From Eledone cirrhosa (Eukaryota): a stretch of 64,000 bases of DNA. The stretch covers positions 79,112,001 through 79,176,000 of the forward strand of contig OZ024744.1 of the NCBI GenBank assembly GCA_964016885.1, given 5' to 3'. The position numbers and the translations under genes were made by a program. Below the pieces are notes generated by a model. The model worked only from the letters and a program-made list of their open reading frames with translations. It was not told where the DNA came from and did not search any database. This document shows, one piece after another, positions 12,116 to 25,319 of the stretch. Every line of letters starts with the position of its first letter. Position 1 is the stretch's first letter.

Positions 12116-12650
12116 TTCATAAACAGAAGAGTGTAGCAAAATGGAACACTGGGATATATGAGACTAGTATGGTGTTCAAATAATAGTAATATTACTATGG
12201 TGACGTAACTCCTGATAGTCATAGGGGCGCAGTATTGACATACAGCATTTATTGGGTAATTTAAGCCTGGCAGAGCCCATCCCTCTCCAGGCCCGAGTAC
12301 AGCAGATTTCTTCCAAAGAGAAGAAAAATTGACCCCAGTACTTAGCTGGTACTTTTTTTTTATCGACTTCGAAAGGATGAAAGGCAAAGTTGACCTCGGG
12401 CGGGATTTGAACTCAGAGATCAGAGAGCCGGAATAAATACAATAAGGTATTCTAACTGACGTTCTAATGACTGACAATTTACCGCCTAACATTACTATAA
12501 AGGTGAAAAATAAGTCTCTCACTGTGTGTCAGGCAACAATCTTCAGTCATCATTTCAAATTGCTGCAATGGTATCATTAGGAAATCAAAGAGATTAGGCG
12601 TACCTGGTATTCCTCAGTACCCAGTCAACAACATTGTCATCGCCATCATT

Positions 12651-12681
<31 letters not shown>

Positions 12682-13049
12682 CGATCATTATCACCATCAC
12701 TACAATAATCCCCACCACCACCATTTAATATCTACTTTCACTGCTAGCAAGAGTTAGACATGTCATCACAGACTACTCACACAGAGCCCCTGACCTCCAG
12801 TGGGACAGGGACCTGATTTATGATCCCACAACTCTACCAAGTACATTTTATCATGTTATCAATACTAGGGAGGTTAACATATCTATGGCACAGCTGAAGA
12901 GTCCACCTGCTCCTTTCTATGACAGGATACCCTTTCTATCACCAACAACTATATTGAGTATACTGGGTGTACAAATCTTCAAAACTACCCTCTTCTGTGA
13001 TAGAAAATACTTCAGTCCTAAAAACTCTTCACCTTTTACAATGCTTAAG

Positions 13050-13490
13050 TAAGAGCAACAATGAAGACCTGCTCCCATATCTGTGATGGTGATGTGGTTA
13101 TACACACAGACATCTTTTGGCCACATCAAGAAAAAGGCCATCTGATTCATTTATGTGAAGTTTCTCTCCAACCTCTGGCCCATAGATATGCTGCCTGCTG
13201 TCATTGTCTAGTTTACTTCTACTACAATGGCCTCTGCTCCCTGTAACTGGCTGGTCTTGTGCCACCTCAATTTCGGCTCTCCAAACATATTCAACTCTCC
13301 TCCTCTTGTTATCCACATTGGGCTCTCTCTTCCGAGCCCACATTAACCACCATTCCCAGTTCTTCCTTCCTGTCCAGTTTTTCTACTTAACAACTATTCA
13401 AGATGAATATTAACTGTATTGACCTGAGGGGCCCTGAAGGGCACAGCTCCTTATGCCACTCCAAATCAATAAGAAATAAATGTAGGGTTA
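13050..13490 (+). mobile_element. Old LINE (L2/Jockey-group-like) 3' fragment
   Basis: SLQPLAHR...LVYFYYNGLCS resembles LINE ORF2 C-terminus; decayed. Confidence 0.45.
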
Positions 13491-13745
13491 ACTAGAGAAG
13501 AGGGAGTTGGAAAAAACTGAAATTGTGAAATATTTCTTTCTTTCCAGCCGTCAGTATATCACAATATATATAGAAATGCAGGCCTACAAACATATGTGCA
13601 CAAAAGCCAATGCATATGTGCATACTTGGACACAATTACATGTTCACATTCATGCAGATGTGTGTATATTTACACACACCAGCCTTCAAATTTGTCTTAT
13701 CACTAAACTAGTATTGCAATTGGAATTTTAATTGATTTCTTGCAG

Positions 13746-14005
13746 ATCTTATGAAGAACCTAACTTAATTTCGGCGTTAATTGGCCACCATGTAACCCAT
13801 ATATCCTGTGGCAGCTCAACTAGTGCGGCAATTACTTCCCATGGAGAACTTTACACATGGGGGAAAGGAAATTATGGTCACTTGGGACACGGAAACTGTG
13901 ATGATATGTTACTGCCAACTCTTGTTTTGTCCCTCAAGAGTTACCGTATTGTAGATGTTGCCTGCAGCTTTGGGGAAGGACAATCAATTGCTCTCTCTGA
14001 TACAG
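13746..14005 (+). CDS. HERC2: HERC2 exon (RCC1 repeats)
   Basis: tgcag|A...ACA G|gtaaat; SAAITSHGELYTWGKGNYGHLGHG. Confidence 0.95.
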
Positions 14006-14740
14006 GTAAATAAATAACATACATACACACACATTATCATCATCGGTATGTATGTATTTTATTAGGACATCCCATAAATAATGTTTTTTTTTTTACATTT
14101 CTTTTATTTAAAAAAATTAAGATTAACTGCACATTTCAAAGCTTCATTAAGAATAAAAACAAGGTGAACTTAATACCTGCTTTTATAGCAAGTTTATGTC
14201 TGTGTTTATCCCCACCCCCACCAACTTTTATTGGATGCAATTGAAAAAATACATTATCAGTGGGATGACCCACAATATATATAATTTACTTTATATATCA
14301 TCATTATTTTACATGTGTTGTTGCACGCTTGTGTGGGTTACACTCGTGATGATGATGATGATTGCATAGTTTTGGCAAGGTTTTATTTTTTGGTTGCCTT
14401 TCCTGTCATCACTTTACAGCATGGATTGGGTGCATTAATTGAACCACCGGCTCTAAAGAGGTTGTTTACTAGATTGAAGGGTCCTCTCTGATCTGTATCA
14501 GTTTTTATTCCGAGTGACTGCTCTCCTGGATGGGTTACCTACATATCAGCTTATGGAGTTCATGTCTATCATGTACAGTCATATTTTATTTGAAGCCATG
14601 GCCCTCCTAGTCAGGCTGCTTTCTGCATAGCTTACGGAGCCCACGTCTTATTTCATTTGGAGTCAGTTCTCTTCTAGATGGGCTGCCTTCTTCATGGCTT
14701 TCAGAGCTCACTTCCCTCCTAGAGTCATCTTCACTTTACA

Positions 14741-14935
14741 TACCATATTTTTCGGACCCCCCCCAGTTTGACCCTCAAAATCACTGTGCGTCTTATCAGT
14801 CAAAGGGTCAGGTTTGGGGTAATTACTGTATGTAAACATTTTATAATTAAAAAGTAGGAAATATTTACACGCTCAGTGATTTTTGAGGGGAAAATTTTGG
14901 AAAAAAGTGTGTCCTATATTCCGAAAAATGCAGTA
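14741..14935. mobile_element. pogo/Tigger-type MITE
   Basis: TA-CCATATTTTTCGGA...TCCGAAAAATGCAG-TA imperfect TIRs; a similar element at about 23058-23242. Confidence 0.6.
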
Positions 14936-15574
14936 GTCTCTGTTATTTTAAGCCAAATAAGACCAAGAGGGTTAGAACAACACCCTGTAGTAAATAATTT
15001 TCCATATCTCTATTCCTCTGCTACTACATCTCACTGGAATTCTCTTTACAGATAATATGTTTCACTCCAATCATTAATCTAAATCTATTATCTCACTCTG
15101 ATCGATCGTCAAGATCCCAGACCTCATTCGCTTGCCAAATGGGGTGGACCTTGACAAATTGGACCAAGGAAACAATGTTTCCATTGGTCTTTCCATCGTT
15201 GATACTATCAATCGGTCGTAACTCCTTGCAGAAGGAGCAAGTAAAGAAATAAAGTGTCTTGCTCAAGGACACAACTCATCACCTGGTCCAAGAATTGAAC
15301 TCACAACCTCACGATTATGAATCCAACACTCTGACCACTAAACCACGTACCTTCACAAAAATCTATTTTAAATCAAATTAAAACATCACCCATGCTAACC
15401 ACACCTGGTTTTCTAACTCCCTGGTTCTGTGGGATCTTCAAATGATAATGGTCACTGTTATTTGATTTCATAGTGATGGATATTAAAAAAAAAAAGAATT
15501 AATTTTCTTAATTCATAATTGAGCTTTGTATCAATATGTTATTAGGGATGGTGCAAAGACTAAATTTTTTATGA

Positions 15575-15996
15575 CAGAGGTCCCCAACCACCGGTCCGTG
15601 GATCATTTGCTACTAGGCCGCAAATAAATAATTAACTTGTTTAAAATTATATAATAGATAAATTGAATACCGGACTTTAATTTAAAAAGATATGTTTAAA
15701 TATTCAATATTCCTCTACTTAATACCATAAGTGTAAGTACATTTTATAATCAATGTATATTTTACATCTACCTTTACTCTCTATCATAACTGTAAGTACA
15801 TTTTACATATGTGGTCAGGTTGGAGCCCAGACATGAGAGTCAAAAGATTATACACTTCTTCCCTTTAATAAATTGCTCTTTTTATTATTGCTCTCTTTAT
15901 TGAAATACACTTAAATAACACGTGTAACTACCGGTCCACAGGAAGATTGTCTGGCATGAAGCCGGTCTGTGGTATAAAAAAGTTTGAAGACCACTG
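15575..15996 (+). mobile_element. hAT (Charlie/MER1-like) non-autonomous element
   Basis: CAGAGGTCCCCAACC...GTTTGAAGACCACTG; 8-bp TSD ttttatga/ttttatgg. Confidence 0.8.
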
Positions 15997-16266
15997 TTTT
16001 ATGGTACCTACATTAGTGTTACATTCTACTGAGTATAAATTGTGTGTGTGTGTGTGATCATTTTTTACGGTCGTTTTCCATACTGGTATGGGTTTAACCA
16101 GTGTGTGTGAGTTTGTGATTACTGCTACCGATGAAATAATTTAATTCAATGTTTATATTTCTTATAAAAACAGTACTATATCAAGGCCGTAAAAATTATT
16201 GTTATATCTATAATGTAAATTAAATATTTTACATTTTACAAAGTATTTGTCTTTCTATTATTTAAG

Positions 16267-16432
16267 GAATTGTTTTCACATGGGGTGACAAAGAAGCTGA
16301 TAAAAGTGGACGAAACAGTAATGAATGTCGCATACCAAAACCAGTGGAATCTCTCACTGAAAATATTCTTCGAGTTTTCTGTGGCTCTCACTTTTGTCTT
16401 GCTTTGTCTAGACTTGGTGTAGTTTACTCTTG
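16267..16432 (+). CDS. HERC2: HERC2 exon (divergent RCC1 repeat; absent from ORF track)
   Basis: tttaag|GA...TCT TG|gtaagt; GIVFTWGDKEADKSGR...CGSHFCLALSRLGVVYSW; phases fit both neighbours. Confidence 0.9.
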
Positions 16433-17621
16433 GTAAGTATCACATTCAAATCTTTATCATCATCACTGTTTACTGTCTATTTTTCATGCATGCATGGATT
16501 AGACAGGTTGTCACACATGACTATATGAGCAGTCCTATAAGAGCAAGACACGGTCACCAGGCCCAACTTGCCTCTAATGGGACAAACCCATCTGACCCAT
16601 GCTAGTGTGGAAAATAGACATTAAATGATGCTGACGATCAGTCATATAAATCTTTATAGTTTACAGTAAAACACAAAATTATTCAATTGTCTAAAACTAA
16701 GAAAAAAATTGGTTATTTTGATTTTCTTGCTTATATTTATTTATTTATTTATTTATTTTGTAAGTAGCCGGTGAATTGGCAGAGTCATTAGGGGGCATTG
16801 AATTAAAAATACCCCAGTATATCTTTCAGCTCACTGTGCTCTGAGTTCAAATTTCACCCAGGTCAACTTAACTTCTTATCCTTTTCAGGGATTGATAAAT
16901 AAAGTACCAGTCCATCCATAGATGGTGGATTGTCAAAATTATTAAAAGAATTGGATTTGATTAGGCTATGTGTATTCTGAGTTTAAAAACTGCCTAAATC
17001 TGGACTCTGTTAGTAGTTGCCACCAGCAGACAGTACCAAGAATGAAAGAAAGACCAATGGAATCATTGTTGTTTCCTTGGTCATATGTGACAATCAAATC
17101 TTCTCTTTTCCTTTGTATGTAACATAATCTGTTAAATGATTTATTGTTACCACAACTAAAAGCCCCCAGTCCACACTGTAAAGTGTTCAATTTGGTGCCA
17201 CGATAAAAAGCAACCAGTTCACACTGTAAAGTAGTCATGTTGGTAACACAACAAGAAGTGCCCAGTCCACACTGTAAAGTGTTCAATTTGGTCCATGATA
17301 AAAAGCAACCAGTTCATACTGTAAAGTGGTCATGTTGGTAACACAACAAGAAGTGCCCAGTCCACACTGTAAAATGTTCATTTTGGTGCCATGATAAAAA
17401 GCAACCAGTCCACACTGTAAATATGGTTGGCATTAGGAAGGGCATCCAGCCACAGAAACCGGGCCAGAATTAGTTTTGTATGAGCAAGACAGTCATCTAA
17501 TCTGGATTGTCTCACAATGGGACAACTTGTCTAAACCATGCTAGCATGGAAAAAAATGGATGTTAAACAGTAATGACGATGATGATGAAGGTTTATTTAC
17601 TTTTTTCTTTTTTTTTTTCAG

Positions 17622-17892
17622 GGGCAAAGGTGATTTCTACAGACTTGGTCATGGGTCAGAGGAGAACATTCGTTTTCCTAAACTAATTGATGGTCTGGCA
17701 GGCAATACTGTGATAGATATTGCTGTCAGTTCAATGCGTTGTTTAGCATTAACTGATGAATCTAAAGTCTATGGCTGGGGAAGAAGCGAATGTTTGCAAG
17801 CTGGAGAATCTTTCATCACACTCACTGAACCTACTATTATACAAGCTTTTGAAGGAAAGAAAATCGTCAGTATTGCCTGTAATCAGACTCAG
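17622..17892 (+). CDS. HERC2: HERC2 exon (RCC1 repeats)
   Basis: ttcag|G...CAG|gtatgt; GKGDFYRLGHGSEENIRFPKLI. Confidence 0.95.
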
Positions 17893-18016
17893 GTATGTCA
17901 TATGTCTTATGTTTTATGCCTTACTTGCTCTTCATCTATTGTGTGCATGGCTTATTGCTAAGAAAATATAATCTGGTGGGCACGAGTGTCTGTGGAATAC
18001 TCAGCCATTTACATTA

Positions 18017-18335
18017 CTAGGATTTTTTTCAACATGCTGACGTGTATGTGTTTATGTGTGTGTGTATGTGCATATGCATACATTTATATGTATGAGTATA
18101 AACGTGCAAACACAGACACACTTACAAAAAATACACACTCACAGACAAACATTCACACAAATACACACACAAACACACACGCATACATTTAAACACTCAG
18201 ACACAGCATAGCAAATAGAACACCAACACTGGTGTTTTGCTATAGTTTTTTCACCATCCTCTTCCTTTCTTTTATACACACACACACACACTCACACATT
18301 GTGTGACGGACGGATGGAAGTTGCTCAAATTTATA
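18017..18335 (-). mobile_element. Helitron-like non-autonomous element A
   Basis: Homologous to 58189-58814; CTAG 3' end on minus strand. Confidence 0.6.
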
Positions 18336-18852
18336 TCATAATATAATAAAGGGAGAAGTGCGGGACTCTGTCCAGAATATATTTTTTTATCCCGTTTGTA
18401 AAATAAATTAGATTACTTTCAATAAATAATGAATGAATATTGCAGAATTTATGTACTAAATTTCGTAACTCTTGATTAAATATAAATAATTTTATTGTTT
18501 ATTTCAAGATTCATTTCTTTAAAATTTTCAAATGTCAACACTTCCGGTTAGCGCCTGTTATATTATAACACTTATTACATCACTTATATAAATGTTCATA
18601 TATTTCCGTCGCTAATTTTCTCCTAATGCAGTTTATATATAATATTGTCTTTTTTAAATGTATCATGGATTACTTTACTGATTATAGAAGAGAGTGTAAC
18701 ACAGTCTCTCTTCAATTTCTGTGGATATTGTCAATTACAGTTTTATTTGACATATATCTAAATGCATATATATTTGCATATAATATCAATATGCATTCTA
18801 CACATTCTACACATTCTACACATTCTACACCGAAGGGTGGTTTTTCTGCTCG
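18336..18852 (+). mobile_element. Helitron-like non-autonomous element B
   Basis: 5' TC after A, 3' ...ctgCTCG before T; homologous to 56772-57312. Confidence 0.55.
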
Positions 18853-20377
18853 TATATATAATGGAGCAACAGGAATATTTACATTGTGGAAACTGACATG
18901 CAATTTGTTTACGTGACATGTCTTGGATCATGATAATCAATTTAAGCCAGCATGGAAAAGTGGATGTAAAAATGAGGATGTATATACATGTGCTTGTGTA
19001 TGTAAGTGTGTGTGTGTGTTGTGTTTGGAACGTAACTGAACAAAGATTGTTATATATATATCATGATGGAAGGTTTTTAGATAGATATAAGCATCCTTCC
19101 TAACTCCCTACCATCTCATTATCTCTTACCACCTCAGTATTGGGTAGAGAAGGCCCTTTAGTCATGTCAATGACTGACAACCTCCCTATTGCTGGTGCCA
19201 TGATAAATCACACCCAGTATACTCAGTAAAGTGGTTGGAGTTAAGAAGGGCTTCCAGTGATAGAAACCATGTCAAAAAAGGTTGAGATAACCTTTCAGTC
19301 ACCAACAACAACCTATCTAGTGCTGGTGCCATAAAAAAAGGCACCCACTGCACTCTATAAGGTGGTTGGTGACAAGAAGGGCCTCTAGCCATAGAAAATT
19401 TGCTTATCATAGTGTTGAGAAGACTTTTCATTTGTGTTAAAGACATGACAACCTCCTTAGAGCTAATGCCACAATAAAATATATCCTAAACACTCTGTAG
19501 TGTGCAGTAATGAGTGTAAGTGTGGTTCAGTGTTTTGAGATCAGCTGAAAAGATCTTTGCCCAAGTTTTCCTCTGTCTTCCTCTACTGCAGCTTCCTTCC
19601 ACTAGCATCTTCTGGCACTTCTTTACCCAGCACTCATGATCCATAGGCATCACATGTCCATAGCAATGCAAAATAATAATTTAATTGAGTTTGGTGTTAT
19701 ACAGTAATACAGAAGATGCGCCTTCCCATGCGTACAGACTCAAACATACACCTAGTAGGCACCCCCTAACCACTATACCCTCACCCATCCACCCCTGCCC
19801 ACACCACCCTTGCACTGTGAACAAAATATATCCAGTCCACACTGTAAAGTGGTCATGTAGGAGCCACGGCAAAAAGCACCTAGCACTCACTGTAAATGTG
19901 GTTGGTGTTAGGAAAGGCATCCAGCTGTAGAAACTTAGCCAGAAAAAGTCCTATATGAGTAAGACATGGTCACTTGACCCAACTTACCTCAAATGGGGCG
20001 ACCTGTCTAGCCCATGTTAGTGTGGAAAATGGACGTTAAATGTTGATGATGGATGATTCTCTGTACCATTTTTAATGGGATACAGTCATAGTGCTGTTTT
20101 GTACTTTTTAAGAATGTCTTGCTAATGTTCGATTATGTAGTTTGTTAATTCAGATAGTTATAGTATCTTTACTAGTGGATAGATCTTTGTGAAAATTTGC
20201 AGTAAACTAAAGACTTTAATATTTAATGTAATGTAAAGTTATAGTGCTGTTTTGTACTTTTTAAGAATGTCTTGCTAAATGTGGTTTCATGTGGTACAGG
20301 ATATTAAATGAATGAGTTAAATTAATTGAATTTCCCCCACACCGCTACTATTTGTCCATTTTTTTTTTTTTTTGCAG

Positions 20378-20578
20378 AGTTTCGCCTGTTCTGCCACACC
20401 ACAATGGAATGTCGGCATGAAGATGCCGTTTGTTGTAGATGTTTGTAAATCCACCTTCGAACAGATTGATGAACTTCTTTCCCAGGTTTGTGAGGACATG
20501 GATGGTCGGAATGACTGGCCACCACCCCAAGAGAAGGAATGCCTTGCTGTCTCAGCGTTAAATTTACTAAATCTGCAG
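20378..20578 (+). CDS. HERC2: HERC2 exon
   Basis: tgcag|AGT...CAG|gtatgt; PFVVDVC...DWPPPQEKECLAVSALNLL. Confidence 0.96.
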
Positions 20579-21942
20579 GTATGTTTGTTGATTCCGGAAA
20601 TACAATTTGTAGTTAAACACCTAACCCTCTCTTGCTATTTTTCACTTGCTCTTTCTTACCATTTCTTACCATCACCCATCTTTATTGCTATCACTATCCT
20701 CCAATTCTTTACTCTCTCTCTCTCTTCCGCTCACTATCTTTCTCCTTTTCTCTCTTTCTCTCACTCTCTCTCACACTCTCTCCTACTCTTTCTTTTACTC
20801 CTTCTCATTCTCTCATGTTACTCCCTCATATAACTTTTCAGTGACATACATCACACCCTCTCCCTCACTAACAATACTTGCTCGTCTTCTCCACCACTTC
20901 ATTTTTACTATTATAGCTCTCATGGTGTTTTTCTCTTCAATCTCCTTACCAACAACCAACATGTGGCTGCCTATCACTATCTCTTCTGTTACTGCCTCTC
21001 TTGACCACCCTCTTTTGGGTTCTCACACCATATACATACCTTCGCTTCTCTCTATTTTGTTCTCCACTCTCTCTCTCTCTCTCTTCATCATCATTATCAT
21101 CATCATCATCATAATCATCATCCATCATCATCATCCATCATCATCACCATCATCACCATAATCATCATTTAACATTCACTCTCCCTGCTAGCAAGTGTTC
21201 ATTTCATTTCATTTCATTTCATTTGAGTTTGAGTCCATGCTCAGGCCAAGTCGAAGACTCCACCCTCAGAGTCTGGTGTGGTTGCCAGGTTGTATTCTCT
21301 GTTTAATTTTGACATGTGTAGGAGTGTTGGATGTATCTTCACAGATTGTGCCTGTACTGAAGCAGGGCTACTGACCTCCTGGCTAGGCCGAGGATTTGCA
21401 TCTTCCTTATATACAATTCCACCTTCTATCGAGTGCATTTTATCATAGTACCAGCACTAGAGAGGTTGTCCTGTCATTGACACAATTGGTGGTGGTAGTG
21501 GTAGTGGTGGTGGTGGTAGTGGGGTCCTGTTAATAGAACATATATTTATACTTTTAATCAGATGTTCTCAGAAACTACAGCATTCAATAAACGCTAATGG
21601 CAACCCTTATTTTAACCCTTTCATAACCATATTTCTAATTAAAGATATTACCTATAATTTTGAAAATAATCAAGCTGGTGTGGAATATAACCTAAGAAAG
21701 ATTCTTACATAAAATTATGATGGAAGGTTTTTTTTTTTAGATAAATATAACCCATGCAAGCATGGAAAATAGATATTAAACAGTGGTGGTGGTGGTGATG
21801 ATGATGATGATGATGGTGGTGATTATTATTATTTTGTATTACAGAACCAGGCTAGTGGGTGTTCAGGTGGTTAGTTATTGAAAAGGTTAACTTTCTTCAC
21901 TGAAATCAAATGTATTCTATTGTTGTTATACTTTGGGAGGGT

Positions 21943-22330
21943 CATGTTGCCAATGAAAACACACGCCCCCTGTTGGTTTTCACTTCAATTTATTATAAAT
22001 TTCTGGTTGGTTGGTTCGATAACCGGATGGTTGTTTATATATTGCGAAAGCTCTTTTGTCACACATTCCGTAACCTCCTCAGTGACTAGGTTTTTATAGT
22101 GTCTCTCCTTTGTTCTGTCCAACACCAAAAACAAGATGGTGTAGGACAGAACAAAGGAGAGACACAAAATTAAAACCTAGTCACTGAGGAGGTCACAGAA
22201 TGTGTGACAAAAGAGCTTTGACAATATATAAACAAGCTTCCGGTTATCGAACCAACCAACCAACCGACCGGAAATTTATAATAAATTAAAGTGAAAACCA
22301 ACAGGTGTGTATGTTTTCATTGGCAGCATG
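21943..22330. repeat. Foldback element, ~190-bp arms, containing a hammerhead-like motif
   Basis: catgttgccaatgaaaac... versus ...gttttcattggcagcatg; about 9-nt loop near 22128-22136. Confidence 0.9.
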
Positions 22331-22434
22331 TAGAACAATATCCGTTTGAACATATGTTTTCAGATAAGAAATCCTGCAAAACAAATTCAAAAACGAAGTA
22401 TTCTATTGTTCTTCCATGTAAATTCTATTTTCAG

Positions 22435-22663
22435 TTGCATACAGCAATATGTCAGAATGAGAACACAGAGAGTCTTGGTTTACAACCTGGCAGCCCAGTT
22501 GTGAACAGTCTGAAACAGCGGGTCGTCATTTTGGCTAGCACATCTGGAATAATCAACAGCATACAGATGGCAGCACAAGCTGCTCTGCAGATAGGATGGT
22601 CCATTCTGTTACCCACGGCAGATGAGAGAGCTCGAGCTCTCTCTAACCTACTCTCCAACAAAA
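22435..22663 (+). CDS. HERC2: HERC2 exon
   Basis: ttcag|TTG...AAA A|gtaagt; GWSILLPTADERARALS. Confidence 0.95.
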
Positions 22664-23696
22664 GTAAGTATATATATATATATATATATCGTCCGTCCCC
22701 TATATTTTATGGGTTTGTTATATCAAATTTGTTGTCTGAAGATACACAGATTAACTGGAGCAATCAGAATTACAAACCATTTTCCTATGGTGGTGTTTGT
22801 TTATGTAAGTTTGGGACATTTATAAACCAGGGATATTGTTATTAGCATGGAATGTATAGCACCTCAATTAATACGATTCAGCATTACAACTCAATAATTT
22901 GTATATATATATACTTGTTGGACACAACATGGTCAACTGGTTAAAGAGTTTACTTCACAATCATTAGGTCTCAAGTTCAATCAAACTGTACGACATCTTA
23001 GGCAAATGCCAATAACAATGGCCTTCAGTCGACTCTTCTCTTATGAGTAAAATTGGGTACCGCATTCTTCTGCATATTGCATGCATTCGTGTATAACGCG
23101 CACTCTTTTTGCTAGCTGTTTTCTCGGGAACTGGTCTGAAAAAAAAACTGAAAACATTTAATTATACTGTATACTGTGCACCCCCAAAACAAACAAAGAA
23201 AAAATGAAAAAAACTGCACAGTATACACAGAAGATTACAGTAGATGGAAACTGTTTGGAAGCCCATCATGTGGACTGTACCTGTAATTCAAAGGGTTAAT
23301 CTTGTCACACATTGTGTCATGCTGAATTCCATGAGAATTGCATTAACCTTTTAGCATTTACAATACTCTATATATACTATTATATTTTTTGTGGTAACGG
23401 CTTTATCTCACATAATATCAAATCTATTAGGTTTTGATATTATTTATTTTCAGAACAATATGTTATCATAAGTATGAGTGGCCAATTACAGCCGGTTTGA
23501 ACAGAAAAAGGTGGGAGAATTCTGGCTGGATATGGCTGGTTTGAATGCTACAGGGTTACGGGTGGAATTTTTATTTGTAGAATTCTTAGCCACTTGCATG
23601 TTAATATCATGAGCAGGCTGTTCCATTAACCAAACAACTGGAAAACTCATTGTTGAAACTGACCAATGTTCATTTAATTTAATATATACTTGACAG

Positions 23697-23833
23697 GCCG
23701 TGATGTAGCAACACAGAATGAAGGTCAACGATTCATGACTGATCTTCTTGTAAACAGTCTAATGGCTGATGGTGGACTAGAAATTGCCCTTCAAGCAGCA
23801 GTGAAAAAGGAAGCACAAGAAATTGAGAAAAAG
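23697..23833 (+). CDS. HERC2: HERC2 exon
   Basis: gacag|GC...AAG|gtaatt; RFMTDLLVNSLMADGGLE. Confidence 0.95.
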
Positions 23834-24177
23834 GTAATTTCAAAGACAATTTATTATGTAATTGTATTCTATACATTTTTTTAAATTTTGATTTTTAACA
23901 TAGAATGTGTGTGTGTTTATGGGTTGCTGGTTGGTTAAAAAGTCCACTTTGCAATTCTGCTGTGTGGCATCTTGGGCAAGTGTCATTTATCATAGCCTCA
24001 GGTCAACCCATGTCTTCATCATCATCATCATCATCACTGTTTAATGTCCATTCTTCTATTCTAGCATGGGTAAGACAAGTTGTCTCGTGAGACAAGTCAA
24101 ATCAGATGACCGTCTCTTGCTCATGCTGAACCGTTTCTAGCTTGGTCTCTGTAGCTAGATGCCCCTCCTAATGCTAA

Positions 24178-24552
24178 CCACCATGATGACCACTTTACTT
24201 TGTGGACTGGGCGTTTTTTGTTGTGATGTAACACCAACACGACCATTTTACAGTGGGGATTGGGTGCTTTTTGTTGTGACGTAACACCAACATGACCATT
24301 TTACAGTGGGGACTGGGTGCTTTGTGTTGTGACAATGGCACCAACATGACCACTTTACAGTGTGAACTGGGTGCTTTTTGTTGTGACACCAACATGACCA
24401 CTTTACAGTGTGAACTGGGTGCTTTTTGTTGTGACATCAACATTACCACTTTACAGTGTGAACTGGGTGCTTTTTGTTGTGACATCAACATGACCATTTT
24501 ACAGTGTGGACTGGGTGCTTTTTGTTGTGTCGCCTACACAAACACTTTACAA
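24178..24552. repeat. Tandem ~48-bp repeat derived from the RTE 3' UTR subrepeat
   Basis: Unit accactttacagtgtgaactgggtgctttttgttgtgacaccaacatg, about 7 copies; related arrays at about 17150-17425 and 56265-56420. Confidence 0.8.
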
Positions 24553-24600
24553 TAATAATAAAAATAAATAAAACCTTTTTTTTTTATTTTCTTTGAACAG

Positions 24601-24770
24601 GAAAAGATTTCTGAAGAAGATTTGGAGAGAGAGGTAGAAGCTAAGAAGGTTGGCGAAGCAACAAATGCCTTGAAGACTGAACGAGCTGTCTTGGAAGCTC
24701 AGGCACAACAGCGGCAGGATGAAGGAACTACAGGAATACCCTTATTGCAGCTCATCCAACAGTTGCTTAA
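24601..24770 (+). CDS. HERC2: HERC2 exon (absent from ORF track)
   Basis: aacag|GAA...CTT AA|gtaaga; ends IPLLQLIQQLL. Confidence 0.92.
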
Positions 24771-25131
24771 GTAAGAATTCACTTCAAATGAAACATCATC
24801 ATCATCATCATCATTGTTATCTGCATCATTATTATTGTCGTTGTCATTATCATCATCATCATCATCATAATTCCCCCCCCCCTCCTCCTCCTCCTCATCA
24901 TCATCATCATCCCCACCACCACTACCAGCATCATCATTATTATCATCATCATCATCATTATTGTTTTGAAATCCATTTTTCCCTGCTTGCATGGGTTACA
25001 CAAATTCTTTCCATTGCTCTCCTGAGAGTTTCTCAAATCTTTATTATGCTATATTATATCTTTTTTGCTTCTTATTTCTTATAAACATATTTTTGACATA
25101 ATTCAAATTTAATTCTAATGTATATTTCCAG

Positions 25132-25319
25132 AAACTTCACCTCTCAGACACATTCGATGCTCCAACGTGTTGCAGAAGAAACTATTTCCAAATATGATTA
25201 TGTCGAAGTGCCTGACAATTCTACCCCATTGAAGTTATTACTTCAATTTCAAAGACTTCTTGTCAGCAAATTATTCCCTCTTGAAGAGAAAAATGGAAAA
25301 GCAGCTTCTCCAGAATTAG
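25132..25319 (+). CDS. HERC2: HERC2 exon
   Basis: tccag|A...TTA G|gtattc; LLLQFQRLLVSKLFP. Confidence 0.93.

Noticed and set aside
17750-17765. CUGAUGA inside an exon (similar CUGANGA hits near 48398 and 51586)
   Set aside because: No stem II, GAAA or stem I in register; chance matches in coding sequence
24178-24552. Common origin with the large 48-bp minisatellite
   Set aside because: Same unit length but no convincing sequence similarity by eye; this array derives from the RTE UTR
24699-25084. His-rich, Asp-rich and Met-rich ORFs
   Set aside because: Translations of a (CAT)n microsatellite; the true exon is 24601-24770 in another frame
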